NCBI GenBank assembly: GCA_035708865.1 | Contig: DASTFF010000034.1 | Span: 15,529-79,528, forward strand | Source of the DNA: Gemmatimonadota bacterium | GTDB taxonomy: Bacteria; Gemmatimonadota; Gemmatimonadetes; JACCXV01; JAHWKZ01 | Length of the DNA: 64,000 nt | Direction of reading: 5' to 3' | In this document: positions 1-8,886 of the stretch, one piece after another | Layout of the letters: every line of letters begins with the position of its first letter | Numbering within the stretch: the first letter of the stretch is position 1 | Position numbers and translations under genes: made by a program | Notes under the pieces: generated by a model | What the model was told of the DNA's origin: nothing | The model's database searches: none | What the model saw: the letters and a program-made list of their open reading frames with translations, nothing else

Positions 1-296
1 GGGATCCGGAGCTGCCCAACCTGCTGCTCGACGAGCGCCTCGGCCGGGCGGTGGAGCAAAACCAGGGCGGGTGGCGCCGGGCGGTGGCCTCGGCCGCCCG
101 GATCGGCCTGCCGGTGCCGTGCTGGAGCGCGGCGCTGGCCTACTTCGACGCCTTCCGCACGGAGCGACTTCCACAGAGCCTGACCCAGGCCCAGCGCGAC
201 TGGTTCGGCGCCCACACCTACCATCTGCTGGACGACCCGGAGGGCGCACCGGTCCACACCGACTGGGCGGCGCTGGCGGCGGAGGCCCGCGCGTGA
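1..296 (+). CDS. gnd: 6-phosphogluconate dehydrogenase, C-terminal fragment (5' end lies outside the window)
   Basis: Frame 3 is open from the window edge. The C-terminus ...LTQAQRDWFGAHTYHLLDDPEGAPVHTDW is typical of 6PGDH. It is followed by zwf-pgl-glk. Confidence 0.85.
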   Translation, partial: DPELPNLLLDERLGRAVEQNQGGWRRAVASAARIGLPVPCWSAALAYFDAFRTERLPQSLTQAQRDWFGAHTYHLLDDPEGAPVHTDWAALAAEARA

Positions 297-1879
297 GCAA
301 GCGGGTGATTCAGGCGCGCCCGACGGTCCGTCCGGGCAAGTACCAGATGCCCAAGGTCCGCGGCTGCACGTTCGTGATCTTCGGCGCCACCGGCGATCTG
401 ACCGAGCGCAAGCTGATGCCGGCCCTCTACCGGCTGGCCCGCAAGCGGTGCCTGGGAGGGGAGTTCCGGGTCCTCGGCGTGAGCCGTGGCCAGATGTCCG
501 ACGGCACGTTCCGCACCAAGATGCGGGAGGCGGTCAGCGAGCACGTCCGTGAGCTCGACGCGGGGCTGTGGGATCGTTTCGCCGAACGGCTCCACTACAT
601 GGCCGCCGACCTGAAGGACGAGGGCGCCTACCGCGAGCTGGCCCGCCGGATGGAGGAGATGGGGGTCGGCGAGGCCGCCGCGGGGAACCACCTCTTCTAC
701 CTGGCCGTGCCGCCTTCCCTGGCGCCCGACATCGTGCGCGGGCTGGCGTCGGCGAACCTGACCGGGGAGGGGAAGGGGTATACGCGCATCATCATCGAGA
801 AGCCTTTCGGCCGCGACCTCGAATCGGCGCGCCGGCTGAACGAGGAGATCGCGCGCCATTTCCGTGAGTCGCAGGTGTACCGGATCGACCACTACCTGGG
901 CAAGGAGACGGTCCAGAACATCCTCGCGTTCCGGTTCGGGAACACCATGTTCGAGCCGATCTGGAACCGCAACTACGTCGATCACGTCCAGATCACCGCC
1001 GCCGAGACGATCGGCGTGGGAGACCGTGGCGGATTCTATGACAACACGGGCGCCCTCCGCGACATGATCGCCAACCACCTGCTCCAGCTCCTCACGCTGA
1101 CCGCCATGGAGCCGCCGATCGCCTACGACGCGCACTCGGTGCGCGAGGAGAAGGTCCAGGTCCTGCGGTCGATCCCGGTCATGAGCGCGGCCCAGGTCGA
1201 GCGCCGGGCGGTGCGCGGCCAGTACGGTCCCGGAGCGATCGACGGGAAGCCCGTCCCCGGCTATCGCGAGGAGGAGGGGATGCCGCCCGACTCGACGACC
1301 GAGACCTATGCCGCCGTCGAGCTGAGCGTCGAGAACTGGCGCTGGGCGGGGGTCCCGTTCTACGTGCGAACGGGGAAGCGGCTCGGGCGCGACCTCACCG
1401 AGATCGCGGTCATCTTCAAGCCGACGCCCCACACGCTCTTCCAGACTACCGACGACCGCGTCCCGCCCAACGTCATCGTGATCCGGCTGAAGCCCGACGA
1501 GGGGATCGACGCGACGTTCAGCGCCAAGATCCCCGGCCAGGGGATGCGGACCACGCGCGTGCGGCTGGAGTTCGACTACGAAGAGGCGTTCGGCGTCGAG
1601 CTGCCGGACGCCTACTGGACGCTGCTGCTGGACGCCATGGAGGGGGACGCGACCCTGTTCACGCGGGGGGACGAGGCCGAGGCCCAGTGGCGGCTGATCA
1701 CCCCGATCCTCGAGGCGTGGGGCGACCAGGAGCCGCCGCCCTTCCCCGACTACGCCGCCGGAAGCCAGGGGCCGGAGGCCGCCGCCCGCCTGACCGCGCG
1801 GAACGGCCACGTCTGGCGCGACATCGTCGCCGCAACGGACCACTCGGTCCCGGACGCCCGGCCCCAGGCCGTCCCCTAG
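293..1879 (+). CDS. zwf: glucose-6-phosphate 1-dehydrogenase
   Basis: Contains FVIFGATGDLTERKL (NADP site), EKPFG and YRIDHYLGKETVQN motifs. The start is either GTG 293 (GTGA overlap with the gnd stop) or ATG 347. The track ORF from 71 is an over-extension. Confidence 0.95.
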   Translation: MSKRVIQARPTVRPGKYQMPKVRGCTFVIFGATGDLTERKLMPALYRLARKRCLGGEFRVLGVSRGQMSDGTFRTKMREAVSEHVRELDAGLWDRFAERLHYMAADLKDEGAYRELARRMEEMGVGEAAAGNHLFYLAVPPSLAPDIVRGLASANLTGEGKGYTRIIIEKPFGRDLESARRLNEEIARHFRESQVYRIDHYLGKETVQNILAFRFGNTMFEPIWNRNYVDHVQITAAETIGVGDRGGFYDNTGALRDMIANHLLQLLTLTAMEPPIAYDAHSVREEKVQVLRSIPVMSAAQVERRAVRGQYGPGAIDGKPVPGYREEEGMPPDSTTETYAAVELSVENWRWAGVPFYVRTGKRLGRDLTEIAVIFKPTPHTLFQTTDDRVPPNVIVIRLKPDEGIDATFSAKIPGQGMRTTRVRLEFDYEEAFGVELPDAYWTLLLDAMEGDATLFTRGDEAEAQWRLITPILEAWGDQEPPPFPDYAAGSQGPEAAARLTARNGHVWRDIVAATDHSVPDARPQAVP

Positions 1880-1886
1880 GCCGGCC

Positions 1887-2642
1887 ATGCCCTCGACCGC
1901 GGACCCGCGGATCTACGGCGACGTGGAAGCGCTCCGCGACGCAGCCGCCGAATCGATCGTGGAGATCGGAGCGCGAGCGGTGGCCGAGCGGGACCGCTTC
2001 CGCTGGGTGATGACGGGCGGGTCCACCATCGAGCCCGTCTACGAGCGCCTGGCCGGACCGTCCTTTCACGGCCGGCTGGCGTGGGAGCGGGTCGAGGTGT
2101 TCTTCACCGACGAGCGGTGCGTAGCGCCCAGCCACCCCGACAGCAACTACGGCATGGCGAGGCGGGCACTCCTCGACCGCGTGCCGATCCCGTGCGCGGG
2201 TATCCATCGCATGGCCGGTGAGGACCCGAACCACGAGCGGGCGGCGATCGAGTACGAGCACCGGATCCGCCAGGCGCTGCTGATCGGGCGCGGGGAGCCC
2301 CCGGATTTCGATCTCGTCCTCCTCGGAATGGGGGCCGACGCCCACGTGGCCTCCCTGTTTCCCGGCGATCCCCAGGTCATGGTCGACGAGCGGCTGGTGG
2401 TCGCGGTCGAGCACGACCGCGACCCGCCACCGCGGGTCGACCGGCTGTCGCTGACCGCGCCGGCGCTGAGTGCCGGCCGGGCGACGTTGTTCGTCGTCGC
2501 GGGGGCGGGAAAGGCGAAGGCCGTCAGGGCCGCCCTCGAGGGCGCCGCCGAGCCGGCCCGGGCTCCGGCCCGTCGCGTGACCCCCGCCGAGCCACCCGTC
2601 TGGCTGCTCGACGGCTCCGCTGCCGCGGAGCTCGACCGGTGA
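1887..2642 (+). CDS. pgl: 6-phosphogluconolactonase
   Basis: Contains FFTDERCV and LLGMGADAHVASLFPG motifs. It lies between zwf and glk. Confidence 0.9.
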   Translation: MPSTADPRIYGDVEALRDAAAESIVEIGARAVAERDRFRWVMTGGSTIEPVYERLAGPSFHGRLAWERVEVFFTDERCVAPSHPDSNYGMARRALLDRVPIPCAGIHRMAGEDPNHERAAIEYEHRIRQALLIGRGEPPDFDLVLLGMGADAHVASLFPGDPQVMVDERLVVAVEHDRDPPPRVDRLSLTAPALSAGRATLFVVAGAGKAKAVRAALEGAAEPARAPARRVTPAEPPVWLLDGSAAAELDR

Positions 2643-3667
2643 GTCCGGCCGGATCCGCCGTCCTGGCCGGTGACGTCGGCGGCACCAAGATCATCCTCGC
2701 CCTGGCCCGACCCGCCACGGACGGAGTCGAGATCCTGGCCGAGAGCCGCTACGAGAGCGACGAGCACGGCAGCCTGGCGGCGGTGGTCGGCACGTTTCTC
2801 GAGGCTCACCGGAGCGCGCTGGGAGACGACCGGGTCGAGCGGGCTTGCATCGGGGTCGCCGGTCCAGTCCTCGGCGACGAGTCGGTCCTCACCAACCTGC
2901 CCTGGTCCGTGGACGCCGACGTCCTGGAGCGCGATCTGGGGATCCGCGACATCGTGTTCCTGAACGACCTGGAGGCGACCGCCTACGGTCTCGCCTCCCT
3001 GGGCGCGGATCGCCTGGCGACCCTCCACGCCGGCCGGCCGCGCGGTACCATCCGTGCGGTGATCGCCGCCGGGACGGGTCTCGGCGCGGCGATCCTCTCC
3101 GAGGCCGAAGGCCGGCCCCGCGCACTGCCGACCGAGGCCGGGCACGTGGACTTCGCCCCCCGGGACGCAGAGGAGGACGCCCTCCTGGCATGGCTGCGCG
3201 AACGCCATGGAAGGGTCAGCGTGGAACGCGTCGTCTCCGGCCCCGGACTGGTCGCGATCTACGAGTTCCTCCATGAGACGGGGCGGCTGAAGGAGCCGGC
3301 CTGGCTCGCCGAGCGGCTCGCCGCGGCCGAGGAGCAGGGAGAGGTGATCTCCCGGACGGCCCTCGCCGGCAAGGCTGCCATCTGCGAGGAGGCGCTGGCC
3401 CGCTTCGTCGGCGCCTACGGAGCGGCGGCCGGGAACCTGGCCCTTTCCTGCCTCTCCCTGGCCGGGCTATACGTAGGGGGAGGAATCGCGCCCGACATCC
3501 TTGCCGCCCTCCGGAACGGCCGTTTCCGGAGGGCTTTCCTCGACAAGGGCCGGATGCGGGACATCCTGGTCGACGTCCCGATCCACGTCATCCTCGAGTC
3601 GCGCGCGGCCTTGTTGGGGGCCGCGCAACGCGCCCTGATGGCCCGATTCTTCCATAACGCGGACTAG
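2639..3667 (+). CDS. glk: glucokinase
   Basis: N-terminal LAGDVGGTKIILAL ATP-binding motif, as in Glk. GTG start in a GTGA overlap with the pgl stop. Confidence 0.85.
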   Translation: MSPAGSAVLAGDVGGTKIILALARPATDGVEILAESRYESDEHGSLAAVVGTFLEAHRSALGDDRVERACIGVAGPVLGDESVLTNLPWSVDADVLERDLGIRDIVFLNDLEATAYGLASLGADRLATLHAGRPRGTIRAVIAAGTGLGAAILSEAEGRPRALPTEAGHVDFAPRDAEEDALLAWLRERHGRVSVERVVSGPGLVAIYEFLHETGRLKEPAWLAERLAAAEEQGEVISRTALAGKAAICEEALARFVGAYGAAAGNLALSCLSLAGLYVGGGIAPDILAALRNGRFRRAFLDKGRMRDILVDVPIHVILESRAALLGAAQRALMARFFHNAD

Positions 3668-3752
3668 TCTCTGGCAGGGCGGCGCCTCCTGGTGTGCCGC
3701 CGTTCACGCCCGCGCCCGCCCCCCGTCGAAGCCGGGCCCTTCGACTCGAACG

Positions 3753-4796
3753 ATGGTGAACACGGTCAGCGAGCGCGCGGACGCCCGGATCCTGGTCATC
3801 GACGACGACGCCTCCAACGTGGAGCTCGTCGCCCGTATCCTCGAGCCCGAGGGGTATCGGCACGTGGCGCGGATGACCGACCCCGAGGCCGCCGCCGCGC
3901 TCTGCACCGAGCGCCCTCCCGATCTGGTCCTTCTCGACCTCCGGATGCCGGGGATGAACGGCCTGCAGGTGATCGAAACCCTTCGCGAGGGGCTTCCCCC
4001 TCAGGACTTTCCGGCCGTCATCGTCCTCACCTCCGACGACAGCCGGCAGGCCAAGCAGCAGGCGCTCGCCCGGGGCGCCTTCGACTTCATCGCCAAGCCG
4101 CTCAGCCCCTACGAGGTGCGGCTGCGGGTCGGCAACGCTATCGACCACCGCCTTCTCCAGCGGACGCTCGTGCTCCAGAACGAGGAGCTCGAGCGGCTGA
4201 TCCAGGTCCGGACCGACGAGCTGGAGGACGCCCGCGTCCAGATCCTCGGGCGGCTCGCGATCGCCGCCGAGTACCACGATCCCGAGACGGCGCTCCATAC
4301 CCGGAGGGTCGGCGAGATGAGCGCCCGGATCGCCGGCGAGATCGGCTGGCCGCCAGGCCAGATCGAGCTGCTGCGGCGGGCGGCCCCCCTTCACGACGTC
4401 GGTAAGATCGGTGTCAGCGCCGACCTTCTGCGGAAGAACGGGCCGCTGACCGAGGAGGAATTCGAGCACATCAAGCTGCACACCACAATCGGCGCCCGGA
4501 TCCTGTCGGGGAGCCGGATCGGCCTGCTCGACATGGCCACCGACATCGCCCACTGCCACCACGAGCACTGGGACGGCGGCGGCTATCCCCGCGGGCTGGC
4601 GGGTGAGGCGATCCCCCCGGCGGCGCGCATCGTGAGCGTGGCCGACGTGTTCGACAGCCTGACCCACGTCCGCCCGTACAAGAAGGCATGGTCCGTCTTC
4701 GATGCGCTGAAGACGATCGAGGCGGTGTCGGGCTCCAAGTTCGACCCGACGATGGTGGAGGCGTTCCTCGAGGTCTACCTGGAGGCTCCCGGATGA
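3753..4796 (+). CDS. response regulator with HD-GYP (c-di-GMP phosphodiesterase-type) output domain
   Basis: Receiver domain (ILVIDDD, LVLLDLRMPGMNG, KP), followed by HD ... HHEHWDGGGYPRGL. Confidence 0.9.
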   Translation: MVNTVSERADARILVIDDDASNVELVARILEPEGYRHVARMTDPEAAAALCTERPPDLVLLDLRMPGMNGLQVIETLREGLPPQDFPAVIVLTSDDSRQAKQQALARGAFDFIAKPLSPYEVRLRVGNAIDHRLLQRTLVLQNEELERLIQVRTDELEDARVQILGRLAIAAEYHDPETALHTRRVGEMSARIAGEIGWPPGQIELLRRAAPLHDVGKIGVSADLLRKNGPLTEEEFEHIKLHTTIGARILSGSRIGLLDMATDIAHCHHEHWDGGGYPRGLAGEAIPPAARIVSVADVFDSLTHVRPYKKAWSVFDALKTIEAVSGSKFDPTMVEAFLEVYLEAPG

Positions 4797-5431
4797 GGGA
4801 CGCGAGGCGGATTGCGGCCGCCACCATGCTCGCGGTGCTCGTGCTCTCGGGTTGCGCGTCGGCCGGCGCCTCCCGAACCGCCGGCGCGGGCCGGCTGGAC
4901 GCCGGCGCACTCGCCCTGCGGCGCGGCGAGTTCGACCGCGCCGGGGAGGCGCTGGCCGAGGTACGCCGCACCTGCGGGGAGACACGGCTGGGGAGGCAGG
5001 CCCTGCTGCTGATCGCCGCGCTGGAGATGGATCCACGGAACCCCTCCGGCGATCCCGGTCGGGCCGCCGCGCTGGCCGGCCACTGGCTCACCCGCCCGGA
5101 GACCTTCCCGTGGACGCGGTCGATCGCCGAGACCCTCTACCTGCAGGCGCTGCGGGCCGGCGGAGCGTCGTACACCGTGCCCGGCACGGCCCCCGCGGGC
5201 GTCCGGGAGCTGCTGGAGATGGTCCACCCCGCCGACGGAGCGGGCGAGACGTGCGACGCGCTCGAGTGGGAGGTGCTGGCGGCCGGGGGCCTGCCCGAGC
5301 TGGATCGAAACCCGCCCCGCGGCTCGACCGGCGGGGCGGGTCGTCTGCGCGACGACAACACCCGGCTGCGCGAGAAGGTGGCCCGGCTCGAAGCGGAGCT
5401 CGAGCGAATCCGGGAGACGCTGCGGCCATGA
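4793..5431 (+). CDS. hypothetical lipoprotein with C-terminal coiled coil
   Basis: ATG in an ATGA overlap with the upstream stop. Signal peptide with lipobox (AATMLAVLVLSGC). The C-terminus LRDDNTRLREKVARLEAELERIRETL is heptad-like. Confidence 0.6.
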   Translation: MRDARRIAAATMLAVLVLSGCASAGASRTAGAGRLDAGALALRRGEFDRAGEALAEVRRTCGETRLGRQALLLIAALEMDPRNPSGDPGRAAALAGHWLTRPETFPWTRSIAETLYLQALRAGGASYTVPGTAPAGVRELLEMVHPADGAGETCDALEWEVLAAGGLPELDRNPPRGSTGGAGRLRDDNTRLREKVARLEAELERIRETLRP

Positions 5432-6924
5432 CCCTCCGTACCCGGCTTCTGCTGTCGCTGGCCGTGATGGCGCTTCTGCTCATCTATCCGGCCCTGTACG
5501 GCCTCTCCCGGCTGATGGAGATGAGCGACGTGGCGCAGCGTCTGGAGGGGCCGCAGGCCGAGGCCACCGCGGCGGTAGGACGGACCCGGACCGCGCTCGC
5601 CGAGCTGGACCGCCATCAGCGGGCCTACATCATCGCCGGCGACTCGCTGTCCCGGCGCGCGATGTGGATCGCGCTACGGAGCGCCGACCGGGCCGTAGCC
5701 ACGCTCGACCGGGTCGGCTTCGGCGAGGCCGGGGACACGGTCGGGCACGATCTCGCGCGGCTCCGCGCCGCGACGACCGAGATCGACTCGCTGGTCGAGG
5801 CGGGGGCCGCGGCCGAGGCCACGGCCGCCTTCCGAGCCGTGGCCGCCGTCTACGAGGAGGCGGGGGAGGGCCTCGTCGCCGCGTCCCGGACGATCGAGCG
5901 CGAGGGCACCCGTTCGCTCGCCGAGACGCGGGCCGGGATCGCGGCGACGCGCTCGATGATCGCCGTGACCGCCGTCCTCGCGCTCCTGTCCGCCGTCGGC
6001 CTGGGGGCCTGGACCGTGCGCGCGATCGGACGCCCCATCATGGACCTCCGCGACGCGATGACGGGCATGGCGGCCGGCAACTTCTCGGCGCCGGACGGGC
6101 TTCCCTACGGACGCTCCGACGAGATCGGGGACCTCAGCCGCTCCTTCCGAACGATGACCGAGGAGCTGGCCCGGCTTCAGCGCCTGCGGGCGGAGTTCGT
6201 GAGCATGGCGAGCCACGAGCTCAAGAACCCCCTCAACGTCATCGGGGGGTACGCGGAGATCCTGGACGAAGGTCAGTTCGGCGAGTTGAACCCCGAGCAG
6301 CGGCAGTCGCTCAAGGCGATCCACGAGCAGGTCCGCGTGCTGACCCGGCTGGTGAACCAGCTCCTCGACCTGGGACGTTACGAAGCGGGCGCCCTGGACC
6401 TGCAGCGGGACGCGGTCTCGGTGCCCGATCTGCTGGAGGGAGTGGTGCGATCGTTCGGCTCGCTGGCCCGCCAGCGCGGAATCGATCTGTGCCTGCGGGT
6501 CTCCGCCAACGCCCCGCCCGTCATATGGGGGGACGTGGAGCGCCTGCGGAACGAGGTCCTCGGGAACCTGCTCAGCAACGCGGTCAAGTTCACGCCGTCC
6601 GGCGGGACCGTCACCGTTTCGGCGGCGGCCGACGACCGCGGCCTGCGCATCCGCGTCCGCGACACGGGCCCCGGCGTACCCGCCGAGAAGGTCGCCTTCG
6701 TCTTCGAGAAGTTCTATCAGGCGGACGGTCCGGCGCGATCGCTGGGAGCCGGCCTCGGCCTCGCCATCGCTCGCGACATGGTGGTCGCGCACGGGGGCCA
6801 GATCGGGGTCGAGAGCGAGCCAGGGGGCGGGGCCACGTTCTGGTTCACAATCCCGATGCGGACCCAGGACATTCCTGCCGAGCCGGGGGTCGTCTCGATC
6901 GAGCGCGCACGACGCGCCGGGTGA
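5428..6924 (+). CDS. sensor histidine kinase (TM-HAMP-HisKA-HATPase)
   Basis: ATG in an ATGA overlap. N-terminal TM segment, HAMP domain, H-box SHELKNPLN, then N/G1/G2 boxes (LLSNAVKFT, DTGPGV, GLGLAI). The track ORF from 4852 is an over-extension. Confidence 0.9.
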   Translation: MTLRTRLLLSLAVMALLLIYPALYGLSRLMEMSDVAQRLEGPQAEATAAVGRTRTALAELDRHQRAYIIAGDSLSRRAMWIALRSADRAVATLDRVGFGEAGDTVGHDLARLRAATTEIDSLVEAGAAAEATAAFRAVAAVYEEAGEGLVAASRTIEREGTRSLAETRAGIAATRSMIAVTAVLALLSAVGLGAWTVRAIGRPIMDLRDAMTGMAAGNFSAPDGLPYGRSDEIGDLSRSFRTMTEELARLQRLRAEFVSMASHELKNPLNVIGGYAEILDEGQFGELNPEQRQSLKAIHEQVRVLTRLVNQLLDLGRYEAGALDLQRDAVSVPDLLEGVVRSFGSLARQRGIDLCLRVSANAPPVIWGDVERLRNEVLGNLLSNAVKFTPSGGTVTVSAAADDRGLRIRVRDTGPGVPAEKVAFVFEKFYQADGPARSLGAGLGLAIARDMVVAHGGQIGVESEPGGGATFWFTIPMRTQDIPAEPGVVSIERARRAG

Positions 6925-6946
6925 TACATCTCGGCGCACCGGTATC

Positions 6947-7083
6947 GGGCGGCGGCAAGACCTCCGCCGGAGGCGAGAGCGCGCTCGTGCGAAACTCCGC
7001 TCCATGCCGCTTTGCGTGGGGCCGGGGCGGGATGACAGGGGGGGTAACTTGACGCCTCCGGCGGAGGCCTTGCCGCCCGCCCC
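6947..7083. repeat. long-stem palindromic element, copy A (arms 6947-6975 and 7053-7082/3, spacer about 77 nt)
   Basis: The arms gggcggcggcaagacctccgccggaggcg and cgcctccggcggaggccttgccgcccgccc are reverse complements with 1 mismatch and 1 indel. The element lies between the convergent kinase and GST stop codons. Its core resembles the elements at 43823 and 44073. Confidence 0.7.
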
Positions 7084-7102
7084 CTACTGAAGGGTGAGAC
7101 CG

Positions 7103-7729
7103 TTACAGCTTGGTGTCGTGCGCGAGCACGCGGTCGATCCAGGCCTCGACCGCGGGGCGGTCGCCGTCGAGGGCCAGGTGGTCGGCGCAGAAGCGCCAGA
7201 GGGGGGACTGCTCCACGAACTTGGCCGGCGGGCGGGACGGGAGCAGGTTGCAGGCGAGGATGACGTCGTACATCGACATCGCGCCGCCGACCAGCCATGG
7301 AGCGGCGGCCAGCCGGGCGTCCAGGCGCTCGAGGGCGCCGATCAGGCTCGCCCGCTGGGCGGCGATACGGTCCAGGGCGGGCTCCGGCTTCCGCATTTCG
7401 TCCTCGACGCTCCACTGGATCCGCAGTACCTCGGGGTTCAGCCGGCCGAGCAGGGCCTCGGCGGAACGCAGGTCGTCCCGTGAGGTGGGTGTCAGGCTCG
7501 GCCGGTCCCGGTAGTTGGACTCCAGATAGTGGAGGATCGCCGCCGAATCGCGCATGACCACCTCGCCGTCCAGCAGGATCGGAACCAGCGGCCACCCCGC
7601 GGCCTCGATCATGGGTCCGCGATCGGCCGCCATCATCTCGCGGATCTCGTACTCGAGGCCCTTGTAACCCAGGGCCACCCGGACCTTGACCGAGTTGGGC
7701 GAGCGGTGGAACTCGAGCAGCGTGCGCAT
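7103..7729 (-). CDS. glutathione S-transferase family protein
   Basis: N-terminal thioredoxin-like GST pattern (LEFHRSPNSVKVRVALGYKGLEYE ... PILLDGE) and about 208 aa in length. Confidence 0.75.
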   Translation of the reverse strand: MRTLLEFHRSPNSVKVRVALGYKGLEYEIREMMAADRGPMIEAAGWPLVPILLDGEVVMRDSAAILHYLESNYRDRPSLTPTSRDDLRSAEALLGRLNPEVLRIQWSVEDEMRKPEPALDRIAAQRASLIGALERLDARLAAAPWLVGGAMSMYDVILACNLLPSRPPAKFVEQSPLWRFCADHLALDGDRPAVEAWIDRVLAHDTKL

Positions 7730-7854
7730 GGGGCGGCGAAGATACCGGGGGCGGTCCCGGGACGCACCGGGCGTGGCAGGGGCCCGGGCGGGGCGCTAAC
7801 ATTCGGCTCCCCCAGGCCTTCAGGTTCCTCACGACCCGTTCGCGAGAGGAGGCC

Positions 7855-8886
7855 ATGCCCGAACGCCGCGTGACCCTTACCCAGCACCTGCTACACGAGG
7901 TCGAAGAGCATACCGAAGCCGGCGGGAAGGTCGCTTCGATCATCGCCGAGATCGCGACCGCCTGCAAGGAGATCCGGGCCCAGCTCGCGCAGGTCGGCCT
8001 GGGACCGCTGGCCGGGATGCAGGGCGGCATCAATGTCCAGGGCGAAGCCGTCCACAAGCTCGACTGGTTCGCCGACCAGGTCCTGAAACGTCACTTCTCG
8101 GGGCTCGGGCTGCTGTGCTCGCTGGTGAGCGAGGAGATGGAGGACGTCGAGCATCTGGTGGAGGACTGCCCGCGCGCCGAGTACGTCCTCTGCTACGATC
8201 CGATGGACGGCTCGTCCAACCTGGACGTCGACGGGGCCGTCGGGACGATCTTCTCGCTGCGGCGCCGGGTCGAAGGCGACGATCACGCCACGCCGCGCGA
8301 GGTGTTCCGCCCCGGCAGCGAGCAGGTGGCGGCCGGCTATGTCCTCTACGGCCCTCAGTGCATGCTGGTGTACGGGGTCGGCGGGCAGGTCCACGGCTTC
8401 ACGCTCGACACCGCCGTGGGAGAGTTCTTCCTGTCCAACCCGGGCCTCCGGATGCCGGAGCGGGGCAAAGAGTATTCAGCCAACCTGTCGCGCCTGGACG
8501 CCTGGGATCCCGGCTTCCGGTCGTTCGTGGAGGATCACGCCGAAGGAGGCGACGGGCGGACCTACTCGCTACGCTATGTCGGCGCGCTGGTGGCCGACTT
8601 CCACCGGATACTCCTCCGCGGCGGCGTGTTCTTCTACCCTGGCGACGCGAAGAACCCCGATGGCAAGCTGCGTCTCCTCTACGAGGCCGCGCCGCTGGCC
8701 TTTCTGGCCGAGGCGGCCGGCGGAGCGGCGACCGACGGCCGGCGTCCCATCCTCGATATCGTTCCGCAGGCGCTGCACCAGCGGACCCCGCTGGTGATCG
8801 GCAGCCGGAGCGAGGTGTACGACATCCAGTCCCGCATGACCCCGGCGGCGGAGGCCGTCATCGCATCGAAAGGAGCGCCAGCATGA
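7855..8886 (+). CDS. fbp: fructose-1,6-bisphosphatase class 1
   Basis: Contains YVLCYDPMDGSSNLDVDGAVGTIFS and SLRYVGALVADFHR. RBS gagaggagg lies upstream. Confidence 0.95.
   Translation: MPERRVTLTQHLLHEVEEHTEAGGKVASIIAEIATACKEIRAQLAQVGLGPLAGMQGGINVQGEAVHKLDWFADQVLKRHFSGLGLLCSLVSEEMEDVEHLVEDCPRAEYVLCYDPMDGSSNLDVDGAVGTIFSLRRRVEGDDHATPREVFRPGSEQVAAGYVLYGPQCMLVYGVGGQVHGFTLDTAVGEFFLSNPGLRMPERGKEYSANLSRLDAWDPGFRSFVEDHAEGGDGRTYSLRYVGALVADFHRILLRGGVFFYPGDAKNPDGKLRLLYEAAPLAFLAEAAGGAATDGRRPILDIVPQALHQRTPLVIGSRSEVYDIQSRMTPAAEAVIASKGAPA

Noticed and set aside
218-1888. 556-aa antisense ORF over zwf, plus similar shadows (2147-3274, 3588-5036, 5674-7005, 6717-8057, 9225-10670, 12957-14069, 13900-15312)
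   Set aside because: All lie opposite to or out of frame with genes that have clear family motifs. They are Arg/Gly/Pro-rich and have no start context.
3725-3745. 7-bp hairpin (gtcgaag-ccgggcc-cttcgac) between glk and the response regulator, considered as a terminator
   Set aside because: It has a short stem and no U-tract, and it lies 8 nt before the next start. This is not enough evidence to call it a terminator.
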